Assembly (NCBI GenBank): GCA_937863565.1
Contig: CALMGJ010000012.1
Coordinates: 1 to 64,000, forward strand
Direction of reading: 5' to 3'
Length of the DNA stretch: 64,000 nt
Source: an uncultured bacterium
GTDB lineage: Bacteria > AUK180
Position 1 is the first letter of the stretch. The number at the start of each line of letters is the position of its first letter. Both the position numbers and the translations under genes were made by a program. This document shows, piece by piece, positions 1 to 9,729 of the stretch. The notes under the pieces are model-generated. The model was not told the origin of the DNA. It saw only the letters and a list, made by a program, of their open reading frames with translations, and did not search any database.

Positions 1-246
1 GGCCGCCTGCCCGCAGATGCCCGATCCGAATCGTATTCTTTTATGCTCAGTATCCTCACCGCAGAAGGGACCGAGGATGAGCTCATCCTTTCTCTCCGGG
101 TCGACAAGATAGAACCCCGCCCAATGATAGTGAGACAGTTTTCCGCAGATAAGTTCGCAGACGGTTTTTAGTTTTCCGTCTCTTTCCCCGCCGGCTTTCG
201 AGATCCGCGTGATCTCCCCGAGAAGTTCCCGATAAACAGCGTCCAT
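1..246 (-). CDS. msrC: GAF-domain free methionine-(R)-sulfoxide reductase (partial, runs off window start)
   Basis: Not in ORF track; hand translation MDAVYRELL...HWAGFYLVD...ELILGPFCGE...RIRFGSGICGQAA matches fRMsr/YebR motifs (WxGFY, LGPFxG, GxGxCG); start overlaps upstream TGA. Confidence 0.8.
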   Translation of the reverse strand, partial: MDAVYRELLGEITRISKAGGERDGKLKTVCELICGKLSHYHWAGFYLVDPERKDELILGPFCGEDTEHKRIRFGSGICGQAA

Positions 247-599
247 CATCTTTCGCCTGAAAGGTCTTCCCAGTCGCCGTACATTCGTCTCAGATGGGGG
301 ATGACGATCGAACCGCCGGCTATAAGGGCGATATTCGCCGCTTCGCGGAGTTCTTCGCAAGTTACGCCTTTCTCGAAGCAGTTGATAAGATGATACCGGA
401 TACAATCATCGCATCTTAAAACAAGAGAGGCGACCAGACCCATCATTTCCTTCTGTTTAGAGCTCAAAGCGCCGTCTTTATAGGTTGCTTCGTCAAGATT
501 GAAAAATCTCTTTGTTGCAGTATCCCCGTATTTCAACGTGATCCCGTTCAAACGCTCACGTTCTTTTCGGAAGCGTTTAATATCCGCTCTTTCTTTCAT
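246..599 (-). CDS. Carboxymuconolactone decarboxylase/AhpD-like protein
   Basis: DGALSSKQKE...LRCDDCIRYH (CxxC-xx-YH) motif; SD GAGGTG favours ATG at 599 over track start 608. Confidence 0.85.
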   Translation of the reverse strand: MKERADIKRFRKERERLNGITLKYGDTATKRFFNLDEATYKDGALSSKQKEMMGLVASLVLRCDDCIRYHLINCFEKGVTCEELREAANIALIAGGSIVIPHLRRMYGDWEDLSGER

Positions 600-792
600 T
601 TTTATCACCTCTTTTTACAATTCTATAAAATAAAAGGAAAAAATCAAAGGGAACGGCACTGTTAATGGATAAATACTAAAAAACATACTAAATGAAATAG
701 GGTTGAAAAGGAAAAATGTCCGTATATCGTTTTTCAATTGAAAAAAAAAGTGAAATCGGTTAAAATCACTTTTTACTGTCAAAGGTGAGCAT

Positions 793-1752
793 ATGAAAAA
801 GATCCTTGTTACGGGTGCGGTCGGCCAGATAGGCTCGGAACTCACCCTCGTGCTGAGAAAAAAATACGGCAATGACAATGTCATCGCCTGCGGCCACAGC
901 AAGCAGCCCTCGGACGAACTCAAGAACTCAGGCCCTTTTGAGTTCCTCGATGCGAGAAATTATGCCGAGGTCGAAACCGTGGTCAAGAAATATGATATCG
1001 GCGTTATATATCATCTTGCCGCGCTTCTTTCCGCCGTCGGTGAAGCTAAACCCCAGCTGGCATGGGATATCAATGTCAACGGCCTTGTTGCCGTGCTCGA
1101 GATCGCCCGCAATTACGGCTGCTCTGTCTTCACACCGAGTTCGATCGGAGCTTTCGGCCCGTCGACCCCGAAAAAGAACACACCCCAGGATACAATACAG
1201 CGCCCTACATCGATGTACGGCGTCACCAAAGTTGCCGGAGAGATCCTCTGCGATTATTATTTCCTGAAATTCAAGGTCGATACGAGAGGATTAAGATATC
1301 CCGGGATCATTTCATATGTATCGCCTCCGGGCGGCGGAACAACCGATTATGCCGTTGATATCTACTACAAGGCTTTGGAAAATAAGAAGTACACATGCTT
1401 TCTGAAAGCTGATACGAGACTGGACATGATGTACATGCCCGACGCACTGAATGCCGCGATAAATCTCATGGAAGCGGATCCCGCTAAACTGAAACACCGG
1501 AATGCTTTCAATGTGACAGCCATGAACTTCACCCCGGAACAGATTGCAAAAGCGATAAAAAAGAAGATCCCCGACTTCAAGATTGATTACGAGATCGATC
1601 CGGTAAGGCAGGGGATCGCCGATTCATGGCCGGACAATATGGACGATTCCGCGGCGAGGAAGGAATGGGGCTGGAAACCGGAATACGATCTTGCCAAGAT
1701 GACGGACGATATGCTTTTAAATCTTTCGAAAAAACTTAATTTAAAATACTAA
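793..1752 (+). CDS. tdh: L-threonine 3-dehydrogenase (SDR type)
   Basis: TGAVGQIG Rossmann motif, YGVTK, GGGTTDYA, IADSWP; adjacent to kbl. Confidence 0.9.
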   Translation: MKKILVTGAVGQIGSELTLVLRKKYGNDNVIACGHSKQPSDELKNSGPFEFLDARNYAEVETVVKKYDIGVIYHLAALLSAVGEAKPQLAWDINVNGLVAVLEIARNYGCSVFTPSSIGAFGPSTPKKNTPQDTIQRPTSMYGVTKVAGEILCDYYFLKFKVDTRGLRYPGIISYVSPPGGGTTDYAVDIYYKALENKKYTCFLKADTRLDMMYMPDALNAAINLMEADPAKLKHRNAFNVTAMNFTPEQIAKAIKKKIPDFKIDYEIDPVRQGIADSWPDNMDDSAARKEWGWKPEYDLAKMTDDMLLNLSKKLNLKY

Positions 1753-1761
1753 GGAGAGGAT

Positions 1762-2994
1762 ATGTCAACTGAAAAACTCTGTAAGATACTGAAGGCTCAT
1801 GTTGAAGACCTTAAAGCAAGGAATGTGAGCAAAGGCGATGAAATGGTCATTACCGGAGTCAAGCAGGCCAAAGGGAAATTCGGCCCGAGATATTTCGTCG
1901 AAGGCTTCGGCAAGAAAGAGTTCCTGAAAATGAATTCCAATTCATATCTCGGGATGTCATTAAAGAAAGAACTCGTCAAAGCGGAAGAGGATGCCGTGAA
2001 AAAATTCGGAGTAGGGCCCGGCGCCGTCAGATTCATAAGCGGAACTTATATATGCCATACCGAACTTGAGAAAAAGCTTGCGCAGTTCCACGGAAGGGAA
2101 GCGGCGATGATATTCTCTGCAGCATATGTTACCAGCATGAGCGTGATCGTACCCCTCACCACGCCGGAGACGATTCTCGTATCCGATGAATTGAACCACA
2201 ATTGCATCATCAATGCAATCCGCCTCTCAAGGCCTCTCGATAAGGCCATTTACAAGCACAACAATATGAAGGATATGGAGGAGAAGATCTCCTCTTTCGT
2301 CGGAAAGGGCAAAAGGATGCTTGTGATCACGGACGGCATCTTCAGCATGCGGGGCGACCACGCGCCGCTTTCCGAATTCGTTGAGATATGCAAAAAATAC
2401 GAGAATAAATTCGAAGAAGGCATCATCACGATCATAGACGATTCGCACGGCGTAGGCGCATTCGGCCAGACCGGCCGCGGGACGGAAGAATACACCAAAT
2501 CGAAAGTGGACCTTGTTATCGGAACTCTCGGGAAAGCGTACGGGGTGAACGGCGGATATGTGGTAGGCCCGGAAGCGATCCTGAAATTTTTCAGGGAGAC
2601 CTCGCCGATGTATATTTATTCAAATCCCATCACCCCTTCCGAAGCATCGGCCGCGCATAAAGCGCTCGAGATACTGGACGGTCCCAAAGGTCTGGCCATA
2701 CTTGAACACTTAAGAGACCTTACGAAGAAATTCCGCGAGGGGCTTACTTCTATCGGCTTTGAAACGCTTCCCGGTGAACATCCTGTTGTGCCTCTAATGG
2801 TAAGGGACACGCAGAAGACCTCGGATATCGTGAAGCATCTCAAAGAGAACGGGATCCTGGCCACAGGTCTTAATTATCCGGTTGTCCCGAAAGGCGACGA
2901 GGAGATACGCTTTCAGATATCGGGAGACCATACCGAAGCGGATATCGATTATGCCCTTGAAGTATTGAAGGCCTATAAAAAAGTAAGGGGATAG
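1762..2994 (+). CDS. kbl: 2-amino-3-ketobutyrate CoA ligase / glycine C-acetyltransferase (PLP)
   Basis: SNSYLG, VRFISGT, SDELNH, TDGIFSM, DDSHG, GTLGKA; operon with tdh. Confidence 0.85.
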   Translation: MSTEKLCKILKAHVEDLKARNVSKGDEMVITGVKQAKGKFGPRYFVEGFGKKEFLKMNSNSYLGMSLKKELVKAEEDAVKKFGVGPGAVRFISGTYICHTELEKKLAQFHGREAAMIFSAAYVTSMSVIVPLTTPETILVSDELNHNCIINAIRLSRPLDKAIYKHNNMKDMEEKISSFVGKGKRMLVITDGIFSMRGDHAPLSEFVEICKKYENKFEEGIITIIDDSHGVGAFGQTGRGTEEYTKSKVDLVIGTLGKAYGVNGGYVVGPEAILKFFRETSPMYIYSNPITPSEASAAHKALEILDGPKGLAILEHLRDLTKKFREGLTSIGFETLPGEHPVVPLMVRDTQKTSDIVKHLKENGILATGLNYPVVPKGDEEIRFQISGDHTEADIDYALEVLKAYKKVRG

Positions 2995-3003
2995 CCGCAA
3001 TAT

Positions 3004-3262
<259 letters not shown>

Positions 3263-3350
3263 AGGCAAAGCCGCTTGATTTATTAAACCACAAACCGTAT
3301 AACAAGCCTGAGTTGTATTTTTTTTTCACTTTTCATTCTTCACTCTTCAC

Positions 3351-3379
3351 TTGACACATCTTATATCTTTTGTTAAAAT
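3351..3379 (+). promoter_or_regulatory. sigma70 promoter of leuS
   Basis: TTGACA-17bp-TAAAAT with extended TG. Confidence 0.75.
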
Positions 3380-3408
3380 AATAAATACTTTAATACATTG
3401 GAGGCATC

Positions 3409-5826
3409 ATGTTCATCGACGAGGACAAATGGCGCAGATACTGGGAAGAGAATAAAGTATTCGAGGCCTCGGAAAAAGGCGATAAATTCTATGTTCTCGA
3501 GATGTTCCCGTATCCTTCCGGCGATCTTCACGTAGGGCATCTGAGAAATTATGTGATTGGAGATGTGTACGCAAGATACTATAAAATGAAAGGGTATTCG
3601 GTCCTTCATCCGATGGGCTGGGACGCTTTCGGTCTGCCCGCAGAGAACGCCGCAATAAAAAAGAAGATCTCCCCGAAGGAATGGACGCTAGGGAATATAT
3701 CCGTATCGAAAAGCACATTTAAAAAGATGGGGATCGGGTATGATTGGGAAAGGGAAGTGACCACCTGTCTTCCCGATTATTATAAATGGACGCAGTATCT
3801 TTTTCTCATAATGTATGAAAGGGGATTGGCTTATAAAAAAGAGTCGCCTGTGAACTGGTGCCCTTCCTGCAATACGGTCCTTGCGAATGAACAGGTTCTT
3901 AACGGCAAATGCTACAGATGCGATACCGTTGTTACAAAAAAGGATCTCGAGCAATGGTATTTCAAGATCACCGAATATGCCGACAGACTGCTTTCCGATC
4001 TTGATGAACTCCCTGCCTGGCCGGAAAAAGTGAAAACGATGCAGCGCAACTGGATCGGAAGATCGGAGGGCATCACTGTGGATTTCGCCCTCGACGGCGG
4101 AAATGGGAAGAAGATAGAGGTCTTTACAACCCGGCCCGACACGCTATTTGGCGTGACATTTCTGGCCGTATCGCCGGAAAGCCCCCTTGTGGATATGCTG
4201 GACTTAGATGAAAAACACCTCAAAGAGGTAAAGGAATATCAGGAAAAGGCGAAACTGAAAAGCGAGATCGAGAGAGTGGGTACGGCCTCCGAAAAGGACG
4301 GCGTCTTCACAGGAAAATATGTGATCAATCCCGCCGGCGGTAAAAAGGCCGCTGTATTTGTCGCCGATTATGTCATCTCCACATATGCCACCGGAGCGGT
4401 AATGGGCGTTCCTGCGCACGATGAAAGGGATTTTGCATTTGCGGAAAAATACGGCCTGCCGGTAAAGATCGTCATAGAACCCGAAGGGGGATTCAAGGAA
4501 GAATTAGAAAATGCTTATACTGAAGCCGGTATAATGAAGGATTCCGGAGAATTCAGCGGATCTCCTTCGGAAGAGGCCAAAGGAAAGATAATGGATTGGC
4601 TTGAAGGGAAGAATACCGGAAGAAGGACGCTGAATTATAAACTCAGGGACTGGTTGATCTCCAGACAAAGATACTGGGGAGCCCCGATCCCTGTTGTCTA
4701 CTGCCCTAAATGCGGTATTGTCCCTGAAAAGAAGGAGAACCTTCCGGTCCTTCTGCCCGATCCCTCTTCCGTGGATTATGTGCCTAAGGGGAGATCCCCT
4801 CTCGGTACGGCGGAGGATTTCGTGAGAACCAAATGCCCCGTATGCGGAACGGAGGCTAAAAGAGATACGGATACGATGGATACATTCGTGGATTCCTGCT
4901 GGTATTTTTTAAGATACTGTGATCCCAAAAACGGCAAGGACATCTTTGAAAAAGGCAAGGCCGATTACTGGATGCCCGTGGATCTTTACATAGGCGGGAT
5001 CGAGCATGCGATACTCCATCTGATGTTCTCAAGATTTATTGTGAAGGTTCTTTATGACGCGGGTCGAATTTCTCACAAAGAACCTTTCAAACAGCTCTTC
5101 ACTCAGGGAATGGTTCTGAACAGGGTGGGGGGAGAACTCCATGTCATGTCCAAATCGAAAGGTAATGCCGTGCCTGTCGGGCCTTTTGTTGAAGAGAAGG
5201 GAGCGGATGCGGCAAGGGCTACGATACTGTTCCTGGCTCCGCCGGACCGGGAGCTGGAATGGAGCGATGCCTCGGCCGACGCGATGATAAGGTTCCTAAA
5301 AAGGATACTTGCCCTAGGGGAGTTCGCGCGGACCGGTGCCGGTGCCGACAAAGACACCGAATATGAGATCGATAATACGGTAAAAAGGATCACGGAAAGT
5401 ACGGAACGGTTCCATCTTAATACGGCAATATCCGCCATGATGGAGTTCGTGAATTTTGTTTACAAAAAAAAGGAGGGTGACCCGAATTTTATACTGGACG
5501 CGGCTGTATATGAAAAATTCATCCTTGCGATCGCTCCTTTCTTCCCTCATCTTGCCGAAGAGGTCTGGCAGGGGACGGGGCATTCCGGCTCGGTCTTCAC
5601 ACGGGCATACCCTTCCTTCGACGAGAAAAAGCTCGTTCGCGATACATGCGAGCTTCCCGTGCAGATACTGGGGAAACTCCGCGGCGTGATCGCTGTTAAA
5701 AGGGATGCTGCAGAATCCGAAGTCATGGCGGCTTTAAGCAGTTCGGGATTCGATAAATACATGCAGGGCAAAACGGTGAAAAAGGTGATCTATGTACCGG
5801 GTAAGATCGTTAATATCATTATTTAG
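3409..5826 (+). CDS. leuS: Leucine--tRNA ligase
   Basis: MFPYPSGDLHVGH (HIGH), GWDAFGLPAENAA, SRQRYWG, MSKSKGN. Confidence 0.98.
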   Translation: MFIDEDKWRRYWEENKVFEASEKGDKFYVLEMFPYPSGDLHVGHLRNYVIGDVYARYYKMKGYSVLHPMGWDAFGLPAENAAIKKKISPKEWTLGNISVSKSTFKKMGIGYDWEREVTTCLPDYYKWTQYLFLIMYERGLAYKKESPVNWCPSCNTVLANEQVLNGKCYRCDTVVTKKDLEQWYFKITEYADRLLSDLDELPAWPEKVKTMQRNWIGRSEGITVDFALDGGNGKKIEVFTTRPDTLFGVTFLAVSPESPLVDMLDLDEKHLKEVKEYQEKAKLKSEIERVGTASEKDGVFTGKYVINPAGGKKAAVFVADYVISTYATGAVMGVPAHDERDFAFAEKYGLPVKIVIEPEGGFKEELENAYTEAGIMKDSGEFSGSPSEEAKGKIMDWLEGKNTGRRTLNYKLRDWLISRQRYWGAPIPVVYCPKCGIVPEKKENLPVLLPDPSSVDYVPKGRSPLGTAEDFVRTKCPVCGTEAKRDTDTMDTFVDSCWYFLRYCDPKNGKDIFEKGKADYWMPVDLYIGGIEHAILHLMFSRFIVKVLYDAGRISHKEPFKQLFTQGMVLNRVGGELHVMSKSKGNAVPVGPFVEEKGADAARATILFLAPPDRELEWSDASADAMIRFLKRILALGEFARTGAGADKDTEYEIDNTVKRITESTERFHLNTAISAMMEFVNFVYKKKEGDPNFILDAAVYEKFILAIAPFFPHLAEEVWQGTGHSGSVFTRAYPSFDEKKLVRDTCELPVQILGKLRGVIAVKRDAAESEVMAALSSSGFDKYMQGKTVKKVIYVPGKIVNIII

Positions 5827-6271
5827 CCTTATCATACTCCTCTCGGCCTGCGGGTACAGGTTTAGAAGCGTTCTCCCGGGGAATGAGAACGAGCTGAGAA
5901 TAGAAAATATCGAAAACGAGTCCGTTTATGCCGTAGAAAACGATATAGAGAACTCGCTCGAGAGCAAATTCCGGATCCGCGGGATCAAGATAAAGGGTTC
6001 TGCTTCACTTATTCTTAAAGTGACATTGAAAGGAATTGATAAAAGGCCTTCCCTCTACGATGAATCCAATATTCCGGTGAAATACGATGTAGTGATAAAG
6101 ATGTGCTATGTACTCCTTTCAGGAGAAGAAAAATTCAAGGACGGCGAGGTCTCCGACCGCGGCGAATACATACCTGTTGAAATATCCGGGATTGAAGAAA
6201 GCGCGGTCATCATAGGGATAATTGATAAAATTTCCGATAAAATCGCTGAAAATTGCCTTGATCAATGGTGA
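5792..6271 (+). CDS. lptE: LptE-like LPS-assembly lipoprotein
   Basis: Lipobox LLSA-CGYRF; conserved position directly after leuS. Confidence 0.6.
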   Translation: MYRVRSLISLFSLIILLSACGYRFRSVLPGNENELRIENIENESVYAVENDIENSLESKFRIRGIKIKGSASLILKVTLKGIDKRPSLYDESNIPVKYDVVIKMCYVLLSGEEKFKDGEVSDRGEYIPVEISGIEESAVIIGIIDKISDKIAENCLDQW

Positions 6272-6312
6272 GATCAAAAGGGATAATCCCAATATATAAG
6301 TAAATACGCGCC

Positions 6313-6327
6313 TGGCACATAAATTGC
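6313..6327 (+). promoter_or_regulatory. sigma54 (-24/-12) promoter of the minor pilin operon
   Basis: TGGCAC-ATAAA-TTGC with exact GG-N10-GC spacing, 32 bp before the pilin start. Confidence 0.75.
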
Positions 6328-6358
6328 CTTATATTCATCAAATATAATGGAGGCTTTT

Positions 6359-9300
6359 ATGAAGCGCTCAGGTACGACAATAATCGAACTTCTCATTGCC
6401 GTGGGTCTCGTGACGGTCGGATTTTTCGCTACGATCAGAATGATCCTCATGGCGGCAAATCACACGAAACAGCTGACCCACAGGAACGAGGCCAAGATCA
6501 TTGCTAAAACCCATCTTGAGCAGGCAGAATCGATCGCGAAAAGCGATTTCATGGCGATTGCGACTAAATCTTGGCAGTATGAGAACACTAATCCGGTATA
6601 CAATCAGCTCGGAATCCTCCTTTCAAAGAATTACTATGTGAAAGAAGATGTTGAATATGTCGTTATGGACCAGGCTCTTTCCGCTGAAGAGGATAAACCT
6701 TACCGGGTCAGAGCGATGATAGATACGGATAATAATGGTGCGGACGATTATACGGGTCAGGGCTATGACATGAAGAAGATAACCGTGACCGTCTCCTGGG
6801 CTGAAGTGACCCGCGCGGCGAACATTACCGAAGCATTGAACGCCCTTCTATCCAATAATCAACAGTATTTCAGGGACAACAGGATGCGCGATTTCGTCAT
6901 GGCTACGGTTATTTCGAGCTATAAACCGAGCGATCAGGCCTGCTGCGATAATCCGACCATCGATACAATCGAAATATATTCAGATTCAGGTGATAACTAT
7001 GATCTCTCCCATGGTGCGACGCTTACAGTTTCTGTTCCGTATAAAGTGCGTATAGCGCTTAATGATCAGTGCGTATCCAGACTTCCCATAGTACAGCTCA
7101 GATACTGGTATTATGGAGAAACGGAAGCTTCTGCAAGGACCTTGGACATGAAATATGCCGGCAATCTGAACTATTATACGGCAGAACTCTCAGGCAGCGA
7201 GATCAAAAATGCCGATATTGCGTCAGGCTACGGAACGGACCTCACCTGCCAGGAAGATACCTTCGATGTGGAACCGTATGATATGATTTTCCAGATATAC
7301 GCGAGGGATAATTTTATCGGGGAATCCTGCAAAACAACGGTTAGAGAATCTTTATCGGAGACTTTTCCCGCCAATGTCAAAGATATCGAAAAACCCACAA
7401 TTACCGATTACACGAGCCGCATCGTCGCATCAGGATGCGACGGTCTCATACTCGCTACGATATACGACGGCGCCAACGGCGTTTCAGGCCTCAATGATTC
7501 CACTGTTAAAGCTTTCCTCGGAAGGGTTGATGCTTCAGGTGATGTCGGTGAGCTTGCCGAACTCATGAGCAGGACCGGCCCGGATGCCTCGGGAAGGTAC
7601 GTTTGGTACGTGTCCGATTCCGAGATCTACGACTGGAGCGGGGAGGGTACCTTCGACGATAAACCCGACCTTTACTACTATATCACGGCGTCGGATAAAT
7701 GCGGAAATACGGTAGATACTACGGGCGACACTTCGACCTATATCACGATCACGGCCTATGATTATTCACCTCCGGCCATATATCCTAATTACAATGGACT
7801 CGGATTCGCCGAGTGCGTACCTTACGGCCAACCTATAAATATCAGCTTCGAAGTCATTGATGAATGCCAGGTCTATTATGCTTACGGATACATGTACGGC
7901 TACGATTATATAAGCGGAAGACAGTACTGGGAATATGTGCTGAACTATATCCCGTACGGTTATCAGTACCATTATATTGGCACCGAAACGGATTATACAT
8001 ACACCTATTCTTCCGTTACATTTCCTTCGCTGAACTGGCATTCCTTCAATTACGATTATTATCCGCTCATCAGGCAGGACCTTTATTTTTACATGGCCGC
8101 CTGTGATAATTCAGATTCCTATAACTGGACGATGATGCCGGACGATTACTGGACGGGCGATAAAAAGATTCATCAGGGCAATGCTCTTACATTCTACAGC
8201 GAAGACCCTGACCCTGTGGGGACCGGTGAGGTGGAACTTCTTGGTACTTACGGCGAAACGGTAGCAATGACTCTTTATAATTTCCGCCAGGAAGAGATAA
8301 TCCTGAGCGGAATAGATATAGTGGAGCCAGTAGCGAAGCTCATCTGTGTCTCTGCTGGTGATACTTCCCTTGCTTATCCTTATCTTGACTCGGTGACGCT
8401 CGAGGTCTGGGATTACTGGAGCGGATACTATAAAAAGAACGTGGTTTGGGATTGGAGATATGATCAGCCCACCCCGGATTCAAGGGAAAGGGGGCCGATC
8501 GAGATCTTTTTCCGGAATGACGATATGGAAAAACTCAGAGTATGGGGATATGCGACCGTAAAACTCTATATGTATTTCAAGGACAGACCTACGGATTATC
8601 CCTATAACGCCAACCCGTTCGGAATGGACCAGACAGACTGGGATATAACACTGAAATCCGATCAAACGCAGGATTATAAGTGCGATAACCAGCTGACGTT
8701 CTCTACTAAGACTTTCGAGTACAATTTCCCGCCCGTTGCCGTTGCGGGAACACCGATGGTCGCCGTAGTCGACGTTCAGACCTATTTTGAAGGCCGTGGA
8801 TGCAGCGATTGCGACAACACAAAGGATGAACTCACATATTACTGGGATTTCGGGGACGGGGAAAGCGCCTATGGCGCCACCGCTTACCATGTTTACACCT
8901 CGACCGATTTTTATAGCTTGAAGACCGCCGGCGCGCCGGATACGACATCTGCGATCGTACCTGTAAGTCTAACTGTCTGGGATCCTTCGGGAAATACCGA
9001 TTCGGATACCTCGTACATCTTCCTGTTCCTCTATCCCACGGGACCGCGCGCCGAACTCTGCGGCAACGGTTATGATGACGATCTTGACGGATATACGGAT
9101 TGCGACGATCCCGAATGCTTCTCTACGCCGGGTTGCTATGAGGACTGTGGCAACGGAATCGACGACGACGGGGACGGAGATATCGACTGCGACGACGGCG
9201 ATTGCTACGGGCACTCTCCATGCGGCGGCACGGCTGAGATCTGCGATAACGGGATAGACGACGACGGCGACGGGGATATCGATTGCGCCGATACCGATTG

Positions 9301-9721
9301 TTCCGGAGCCGGCAACTGTATAGAAAGTGTGTGTAATAACGGGATAGACGACGACGGCGACGGACTTACCGACTGCCAGGACGGCGACTGCGCGGGAGAT
9401 GCGGCATGTTTAACGAATATCGCTCCGACCATAGTATCCATAACCTGCGCGAACAACGATAATACAAATAAAACTAAAATCACATTCACGGTAACGGTAA
9501 GCGATCCGGACGATACGAATTTCACGTATATATTCGATTTCGGGGATACCGTTGCAAATACAACGAACGGCGGATTGACGGTAAGTGTTACCCATCCATA
9601 CAGTGTTCTTTCGCCGAGTTATACTATGAGGGTCACCGTATACGACAGCGCAGGCAATTTCATTATGGGTACAAAAGGGATCACGTGTACATCAACCCCT
9701 GCAAAATGTACGTGTAATTAG
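6359..9721 (+). CDS. Giant modular type IV minor pilin (PilV-like N-terminus, Ig/PKD domains, Cys/Asp-rich repeats)
   Basis: MKRSG|TTIIELLIAV class III signal with E5; PKD motifs YYWDFGDG and YIFDFGD; four CxNGxDDDxDGxxDCxDxxC repeats; GGAGG SD favours start 6359. Confidence 0.75.
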   Translation: MKRSGTTIIELLIAVGLVTVGFFATIRMILMAANHTKQLTHRNEAKIIAKTHLEQAESIAKSDFMAIATKSWQYENTNPVYNQLGILLSKNYYVKEDVEYVVMDQALSAEEDKPYRVRAMIDTDNNGADDYTGQGYDMKKITVTVSWAEVTRAANITEALNALLSNNQQYFRDNRMRDFVMATVISSYKPSDQACCDNPTIDTIEIYSDSGDNYDLSHGATLTVSVPYKVRIALNDQCVSRLPIVQLRYWYYGETEASARTLDMKYAGNLNYYTAELSGSEIKNADIASGYGTDLTCQEDTFDVEPYDMIFQIYARDNFIGESCKTTVRESLSETFPANVKDIEKPTITDYTSRIVASGCDGLILATIYDGANGVSGLNDSTVKAFLGRVDASGDVGELAELMSRTGPDASGRYVWYVSDSEIYDWSGEGTFDDKPDLYYYITASDKCGNTVDTTGDTSTYITITAYDYSPPAIYPNYNGLGFAECVPYGQPINISFEVIDECQVYYAYGYMYGYDYISGRQYWEYVLNYIPYGYQYHYIGTETDYTYTYSSVTFPSLNWHSFNYDYYPLIRQDLYFYMAACDNSDSYNWTMMPDDYWTGDKKIHQGNALTFYSEDPDPVGTGEVELLGTYGETVAMTLYNFRQEEIILSGIDIVEPVAKLICVSAGDTSLAYPYLDSVTLEVWDYWSGYYKKNVVWDWRYDQPTPDSRERGPIEIFFRNDDMEKLRVWGYATVKLYMYFKDRPTDYPYNANPFGMDQTDWDITLKSDQTQDYKCDNQLTFSTKTFEYNFPPVAVAGTPMVAVVDVQTYFEGRGCSDCDNTKDELTYYWDFGDGESAYGATAYHVYTSTDFYSLKTAGAPDTTSAIVPVSLTVWDPSGNTDSDTSYIFLFLYPTGPRAELCGNGYDDDLDGYTDCDDPECFSTPGCYEDCGNGIDDDGDGDIDCDDGDCYGHSPCGGTAEICDNGIDDDGDGDIDCADTDCSGAGNCIESVCNNGIDDDGDGLTDCQDGDCAGDAACLTNIAPTIVSITCANNDNTNKTKITFTVTVSDPDDTNFTYIFDFGDTVANTTNGGLTVSVTHPYSVLSPSYTMRVTVYDSAGNFIMGTKGITCTSTPAKCTCN
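9050..9410 (+). repeat. Four intragenic Cys/Asp-rich repeats (CxNGxDDDxDGxxDCxDxxC)
   Basis: Seen in the translation and in DNA (AACGGxATxGACGACGACGGxGACGG in three of the four). Confidence 0.9.
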
Positions 9722-9729
9722 GAGGCCGC

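Noticed and set aside
3270-3408. T-box leader for leuS
   Set aside because: No T-box motif; the promoter is about 30 nt from the start codon
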